Positions 59,103 through 64,000 of a DNA stretch of 64,000 nt are shown here, in pieces. Position numbers and translations under genes: made by a program. Each line of letters starts with the position of its first letter. The stretch's first letter is position 1. The stretch covers positions 544,725 through 608,724 of the forward strand of contig JBFWJC010000002.1 in NCBI GenBank assembly GCA_050253415.1, written 5' to 3'. This DNA comes from Pedobacter sp. Lineage in GTDB: Bacteria; Desulfobacterota; Desulfuromonadia; Desulfuromonadales; Syntrophotaleaceae. Below the pieces are notes generated by a model. The model did not search any database and had not been told where the DNA came from. It was given only the letters and a program-made list of their open reading frames with translations.

Positions 59103-60239
59103 ATGATAAAAAAAACACGCCTTGCGGATGAGTTTGCCCGGCAGGCCTGCATTGCCAGTCCGTCTTTCCGGGAAGGGGAAATATCCAGGTATCTGGTCGA
59201 GCGATTTGAGCGCCTCGGCATGACGGTGGTCATGGATGATGCAGGTCCTAAGGTCGGTAGCGAAAGTGGCAATTTGATCGCGACATTGCCGGCCAACGGC
59301 AAGGTCTGTGAGCCGTTGTTGTTGTCGGCGCATATGGACACGGTAGTGCCGGCGGATGGTGTGCAGGCGGTACTCAAAGACGGCGTATTTACCAGTGCCG
59401 GGGATACCATTCTCGGAGCTGACGACAAGGCCGGTCTGGCCGAAATCATTGAGGCGCTGGAAGTGGTGAGGGAGCAGAATATCCCGCACGGGCTGATCGA
59501 GGTGGTGATCACCATCTGCGAAGAAAAAGGTCTGCTCGGCGCCAAATATCTCGACTATTCCAAAGTTGTTTCAAAACGCGGCCTGGCCTTGGACACTTCC
59601 GGCACAGACCGGGTTATCAATACCGCACCGGCGGCCAATAAAATGCGCATCGTGCTTACCGGTCGCGAATCCCACGCCGGTATTTCCCCGGAAAACGGGG
59701 TTTCGGCGATTGTTGCCGCAGCCAAGGGTATCGCCGCCATGCGTCTGGGTCGCGTTGACCATGAAACTACCGCCAATATCGGCACCATTCAAGGCGGACA
59801 GGCCACCAATATCATCCCGCGCCAGGTTATCCTGGAAGGCGAAGCACGCAGCCACGATCCCGTTAAGCTGCAGGCCCAGACCGACCACATGATTGCCTGT
59901 CTGACCGATGCGGCGAGAGCTTGCGGGGCAACCATTAATGGCGAAACCGTGGCGGTGACGATTGAAACGGAGGTTCTGAGCGACTACCCCCATATGGCGG
60001 TTGCGGCGGGTGCCGGAATTCTGCAGTTGGTCGAAAAAGCGGCCAACCGTCTGGATCGGTCGATCGAATTGCGCAATGGCGGCGGCGGCAGCGATGCCAA
60101 TATCTTTAATGGCCACGGCATTGAAACCGTGATTATCGGTACCGGAATGACCGATGTGCATACCATCCATGAGTCGGTGCGGGTCGCCGATATGGTGCGC
60201 GTCGCTGAATTGCTGGTCGAGGTCATTCGCCTGGCCTGA
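59103..60239 (+). CDS. M20 peptidase T-like metallohydrolase
   Basis: SAHMDTV, LGADDKAG, EEKGL, GGGSDAN, VHT. Confidence 0.9.
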   Translation: MIKKTRLADEFARQACIASPSFREGEISRYLVERFERLGMTVVMDDAGPKVGSESGNLIATLPANGKVCEPLLLSAHMDTVVPADGVQAVLKDGVFTSAGDTILGADDKAGLAEIIEALEVVREQNIPHGLIEVVITICEEKGLLGAKYLDYSKVVSKRGLALDTSGTDRVINTAPAANKMRIVLTGRESHAGISPENGVSAIVAAAKGIAAMRLGRVDHETTANIGTIQGGQATNIIPRQVILEGEARSHDPVKLQAQTDHMIACLTDAARACGATINGETVAVTIETEVLSDYPHMAVAAGAGILQLVEKAANRLDRSIELRNGGGGSDANIFNGHGIETVIIGTGMTDVHTIHESVRVADMVRVAELLVEVIRLA

Positions 60240-60419
60240 CAGGCTCGAATTGAGCAGCTTCCCGGCAGTTTTCTTGATGCACTATCGTGCATGACAGAGA
60301 CCTGCCGCTTGTCCTCAAGGTGCGGCGCCGGATCATGCTGTAGCCTGGTCATTTCCTGAACTCCGAAGCGTTATCGCGCTTCGGGGTCGTTTGCCTCGAT
60401 TGAGATATTCCCGTCTTTT

Positions 60420-62954
60420 ATGAGACCGAACCCAAAGCAGCTTCCCATCGATAGTGTGCTGGGCGATGTGCGTCAAGCGCTTCGCTTGCATCAGGCCGCA
60501 GTGTTGCAGGCACAGCCGGGAGCGGGCAAGACTACCCGTGTTCCCCTGGCGTTGCTGGATGAGCCGTGGCTGGCCGGCAAGCGAATCCTGATGCTGGAGC
60601 CACGTCGTCTCGCGGCGACTAACGCCGCACGCTATATGGCGGCTTGCCTGGGTGAGGAGGTCGGCCAGACGGTAGGATATGCTATTCGTTTTGAGCGGCG
60701 AAGCACGGCAGCGACCCGCCTGGAGGTGGTAACCGAGGGGGTATTGACCCGACGTTTGCAGGTCGATCCGACCCTTGAAGGGGTTGGTCTTGTCATCTTC
60801 GACGAGTTTCACGAAAGGAATCTGCACAGCGATCTGGCCCTGGCGCTGTGTCGGGATGCTCAGTTGGGGCTGCGCGAGGATCTGAAACTGCTGGTCATGT
60901 CGGCCACTCTCGATGGCGAACCGGTGGCCCGTTTGCTGGGCGCGGCACCATTGCTGAGCTGCCCCGGTCGCTGCCACCCTGTCGAAATATCGTATCTGCC
61001 GCAGGATCCGCACGGACCGATTGCCGAGGTGGCGGCGCGGGCCGTGCGTCGCGCGGTGCGCGAAACTGAAGGGGATGTCCTGGTATTTCTGCCCGGCGCT
61101 GCCGAGATTGTCCGCTGTCGCGAACTGTTGCAGAACGACCCCGCTGTCGGCGAACCACGACTATGCCCCCTGTATGGCGAATTACCTTTTTCCGAGCAGG
61201 AGCGGGCCTTGCGCCCCGGACCGCAGCGCAAGGTGGTGCTGGCAACCAATATCGCCGAAACCAGCCTGACCATCGAGGGGGTACAGGTGGTGATCGACAG
61301 CGGATATATGCGGCAGGCCCGCTTTGATGCCGCCTCTGGTTTATCGCGGCTGGTTACGGTAAGGATCACTGCTGCCAATGCAGCGCAACGGGCCGGTCGT
61401 GCCGGCCGGTTAGGGCCGGGGCGCTGTTACCGCCTGTGGAGCGAAGCCACCCAGGGGGGACTGCTGCCTTTCGCACCACCGGAAATCCGCAATGCCGATC
61501 TGGCGCCGCTGGCCCTGGAGCTGGCCCGTTGGGGAGTGCGCGAGGCTGCCAGTTTATGCTGGCTCGACGCACCGCCGGTCGGCGCGCTGGCCGGCGCGCG
61601 GGATTTGCTGCGGGAGTTGGGTGCGCTTGATGCGCAGGAACGTCTTACTCCCACGGGGGAAGTTATGGCGCAAATGCCGGCGCATCCCCGAATTGCCGCG
61701 CTGCTCGCCAAGGGAGCAGCATCTCGGCAGCTGCCGTTGGCATGCGATCTGGCGGCACTGCTCGAAGAGCGAGACCTGTTGCGGGGAACGGAGCGTACGG
61801 TACAGGCAACGGCCAGTGATCTGCTGCAGCGTCTTGAGGCCTTGCATATCTGGCGGCGTAATCAGTCGCTGCCCGTTTCTGTCGATGCGGCGGCCTGCCG
61901 TGCTGTGGCCCGGTCTGCCAAGGCGTGGAGACACCGCTTGCGGGTTGCGGGCGAGACTGACGAGCTTAATCCCACGATGTTGGCAACGCTGCTGATGGCG
62001 GCTTATCCTGACCGCCTGGCCCGACGTCGGTCTGTTGGATCCAGCCGCTATCTGCTGATTAACGGGCAGGGTGGTTGTCTGTCGCCGCGAAGCGGCGTAC
62101 GCGATGCTGAATTTATTCTGGCGGTGCAGATAGGCGCCAGCCGGCATGGCGATGCCGTGATTTATCAGGCCAGTACCATTGAACGAAACCTGATCGAAAC
62201 CGAGTTGGCCGACCGTCTGGTCTGGCAGAAGAAAGTCTTCTGGGACGCCACGCAGCAAAAAGTGGTGGCCCGTGAGGAACGTCGTATCGGGGCTATGCTG
62301 GTAAGCGAACGTTCAGCCAGGATCGGTAAGGAAGAGCTCTTCGAGGCATTGCTGGAAGGCGTGCGTCAGGCAGGTTTGAATGTGCTGCCCTGGAGCACGG
62401 AGGCTACGCAACTGCGCTGGAGGGTGGCGGTTTTGGCCGAGGTATTTCCGGAGCAGAAGTGGCCGGATTGGAGCGATGCCTCATTGAGTGCAAATCTCGG
62501 ACACTGGATTGGTCCCTGGCTTGAAGGGGTTCGCAGTGTAGCCGATCTGGCCCGTCTCGATGTTGCGGCAATGCTGCGCAGCAGCCTGAGCTGGGCGCAA
62601 CAGCAGTGCCTTGAGCAGGAAGCACCTACCCATCTGGCCGTGCCGAGCGGACATCAGATCGCCCTCGACTACCGGCCTGAAGGGTCACCGGTGCTGGCGG
62701 TCAAACTGCAGGAACTGTTCGGACTGGCCGATACTCCGTGTGTGGCAGGTGGGCGGATCGCCGTGCAATTGCACCTTTTGTCCCCAGCCCGGAGGCCGCT
62801 GGCCGTTACCCAGGATTTGCGCAGCTTTTGGGACAATGTCTATCCCGAAATTAAGCGGGAGATGGCCGGTCGTTACCCCAAGCATCCCTGGCCCGACGAT
62901 CCTTGGCGAGCAACCCCGACCCGCAGCATAAAAAGAAAAACGCCCCGGAAATAA
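60420..62954 (+). CDS. hrpB: ATP-dependent RNA helicase HrpB
   Basis: GAGKTT, DEFHER, MSAT, ATNIAETSLT, QRAGRAGR, C-terminal GRYPKHPWPDDP. Confidence 0.95.
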   Translation: MRPNPKQLPIDSVLGDVRQALRLHQAAVLQAQPGAGKTTRVPLALLDEPWLAGKRILMLEPRRLAATNAARYMAACLGEEVGQTVGYAIRFERRSTAATRLEVVTEGVLTRRLQVDPTLEGVGLVIFDEFHERNLHSDLALALCRDAQLGLREDLKLLVMSATLDGEPVARLLGAAPLLSCPGRCHPVEISYLPQDPHGPIAEVAARAVRRAVRETEGDVLVFLPGAAEIVRCRELLQNDPAVGEPRLCPLYGELPFSEQERALRPGPQRKVVLATNIAETSLTIEGVQVVIDSGYMRQARFDAASGLSRLVTVRITAANAAQRAGRAGRLGPGRCYRLWSEATQGGLLPFAPPEIRNADLAPLALELARWGVREAASLCWLDAPPVGALAGARDLLRELGALDAQERLTPTGEVMAQMPAHPRIAALLAKGAASRQLPLACDLAALLEERDLLRGTERTVQATASDLLQRLEALHIWRRNQSLPVSVDAAACRAVARSAKAWRHRLRVAGETDELNPTMLATLLMAAYPDRLARRRSVGSSRYLLINGQGGCLSPRSGVRDAEFILAVQIGASRHGDAVIYQASTIERNLIETELADRLVWQKKVFWDATQQKVVAREERRIGAMLVSERSARIGKEELFEALLEGVRQAGLNVLPWSTEATQLRWRVAVLAEVFPEQKWPDWSDASLSANLGHWIGPWLEGVRSVADLARLDVAAMLRSSLSWAQQQCLEQEAPTHLAVPSGHQIALDYRPEGSPVLAVKLQELFGLADTPCVAGGRIAVQLHLLSPARRPLAVTQDLRSFWDNVYPEIKREMAGRYPKHPWPDDPWRATPTRSIKRKTPRK

Positions 62955-62996
62955 TCTTTTTCCAGGGCGTCAGGAGCTTTATCTCGAACCAAGGGT

Positions 62997-63806
62997 TCAA
63001 TCGTTGTCTGCGGGTTTTTGGATGATGTGTACGTCACGCTGCGGGAAGGGGATCGAAATGCCGGCTTCGTCAAAGTGCAGTTTGATTTTTTCCATGGTAT
63101 CGAAGTAGGTTGGCCAGTAATCGGGTACGTTGACCCAGGGCCGCATCACAAAGTTCAGACTGCTGTCTCCAAACGCGTTGAGAGCCACCACCGGTTCGGG
63201 ATCCTGCAAGAAGCGGCTGTCTTCCGTGATGATATTTTGCAGGATCTGTTTGACCTGGCGGATATCGTCATCGTAACTGACGCCAATGACCAGATCCATG
63301 CGGCGCGTTCCACGTTCGGTATAGTTTATAATATTGTCGTTCACGAGTTTGGCATTGGGTACCAGGATGGTCCGATTATCCGGGGTTTTCAGGCGGGTGT
63401 TAAAAATATGCACCAGTTCTACCGTGCCCATGACGCCGGCGCCCTCGATGAAATCCCCGGCCTTGAAGGGGCGCAGGACGATCATCATGATGCCGGCGGC
63501 GAAATTGGACAGCGAACTTTGCAGCGCCAGGCCGACGGCGAGTCCGGCTGCACCGACCACCGCGATCAGCGAAGTGGTCTGCACCCCCAGCCGGCCCAGG
63601 GCGGCAATGGCCACAAACGTCACCAGCGTCGCGTAGACCAGGGTGCCGCAGAAAGACACCAGCGTCGGGTCGAGATTACGTTTCGTCATGAGCCTGCGAA
63701 CAAGGTTGGAGAGCAGCTTGCTCACCCACAGGCCGATGGCCAGGATAAGCAATGCGCCCAGCAGGTTGAGTCCGTAGACGGTCAATCGTGGGTTGATCTG
63801 GTTCAT
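62997..63806 (-). CDS. mscS: Small-conductance mechanosensitive channel
   Basis: GAAGLAVGLALQSSLSNFAAG, RPFKAGD, IPFPQRDV; AAGGAG RBS. Confidence 0.92.
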   Translation of the reverse strand: MNQINPRLTVYGLNLLGALLILAIGLWVSKLLSNLVRRLMTKRNLDPTLVSFCGTLVYATLVTFVAIAALGRLGVQTTSLIAVVGAAGLAVGLALQSSLSNFAAGIMMIVLRPFKAGDFIEGAGVMGTVELVHIFNTRLKTPDNRTILVPNAKLVNDNIINYTERGTRRMDLVIGVSYDDDIRQVKQILQNIITEDSRFLQDPEPVVALNAFGDSSLNFVMRPWVNVPDYWPTYFDTMEKIKLHFDEAGISIPFPQRDVHIIQKPADND

Positions 63807-63946
63807 GTTTTCTCCTTTGAAAAATTTGCGGGACGTGCCAGTCACTTTACATTAATAAAATATCAAATAATTGCAACCCCTTAACGCTCTTGGCGGCGTC
63901 ACGCCAATTCAGCAGGAGCCTGCATGGCCGATTCCGCCTCACCGCT

Positions 63947-64000
63947 TTATAGCCGTGCCTTTTGGGCCATGTCACTGGCCAATTTTTCCACTGCAGCCAG
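63947..64000 (-). CDS. 3' end of a gene truncated by the window edge
   Basis: Open frame ...LAAVEKLASDMAQKARL* running off the window. Confidence 0.35.
   Translation of the reverse strand: MAAVEKLASDMAQKARL

Overview
This window is chromosomal DNA from an anaerobic deltaproteobacterium. Gene content (ackA/pta, ferredoxin, A2-type cytochrome c oxidase, GGDEF proteins) suggests Desulfuromonadales, Pelobacter/Syntrophotalea-like, but that assignment is inference. Most genes are housekeeping or metabolic: hpt, tatA, ackA, pta, udp, cdd, def, cox operon, ilvY-ilvC, rtcA, epmA-efp, mscL, acpH, hrpB, mscS. I saw no rRNA, tRNA, CRISPR array, integrase or transposase. Two adjacent accessory loci stand out. 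(1) About 41.6-51.5 kb: a glycyl-radical 1,2-diol dehydratase with propanediol-dehydratase-type active-site residues and no microcompartment genes. It comes with its activase, an uncharacterised inner-membrane protein, a porin, a PocR-PAS histidine kinase and two NarL-type receivers, and a motif shared by two upstream regions. (2) About 51.6-56.6 kb: a six-gene signalling-like operon (FIST sensor, DUF4388-Roadblock, two V4R-like proteins lacking the usual cysteines, a ParA/MinD ATPase, a second Roadblock-like protein) with no kinase or small GTPase. Smaller oddities are a GcvH-like protein lacking the lipoyl lysine, an enterobacterial-type ilvY-ilvC pair with its tandem operators, a palindromic 9-mer repeat element and a 56-aa ferredoxin missed by the ORF track. 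Family assignments come from motif recognition only; no searches were run.
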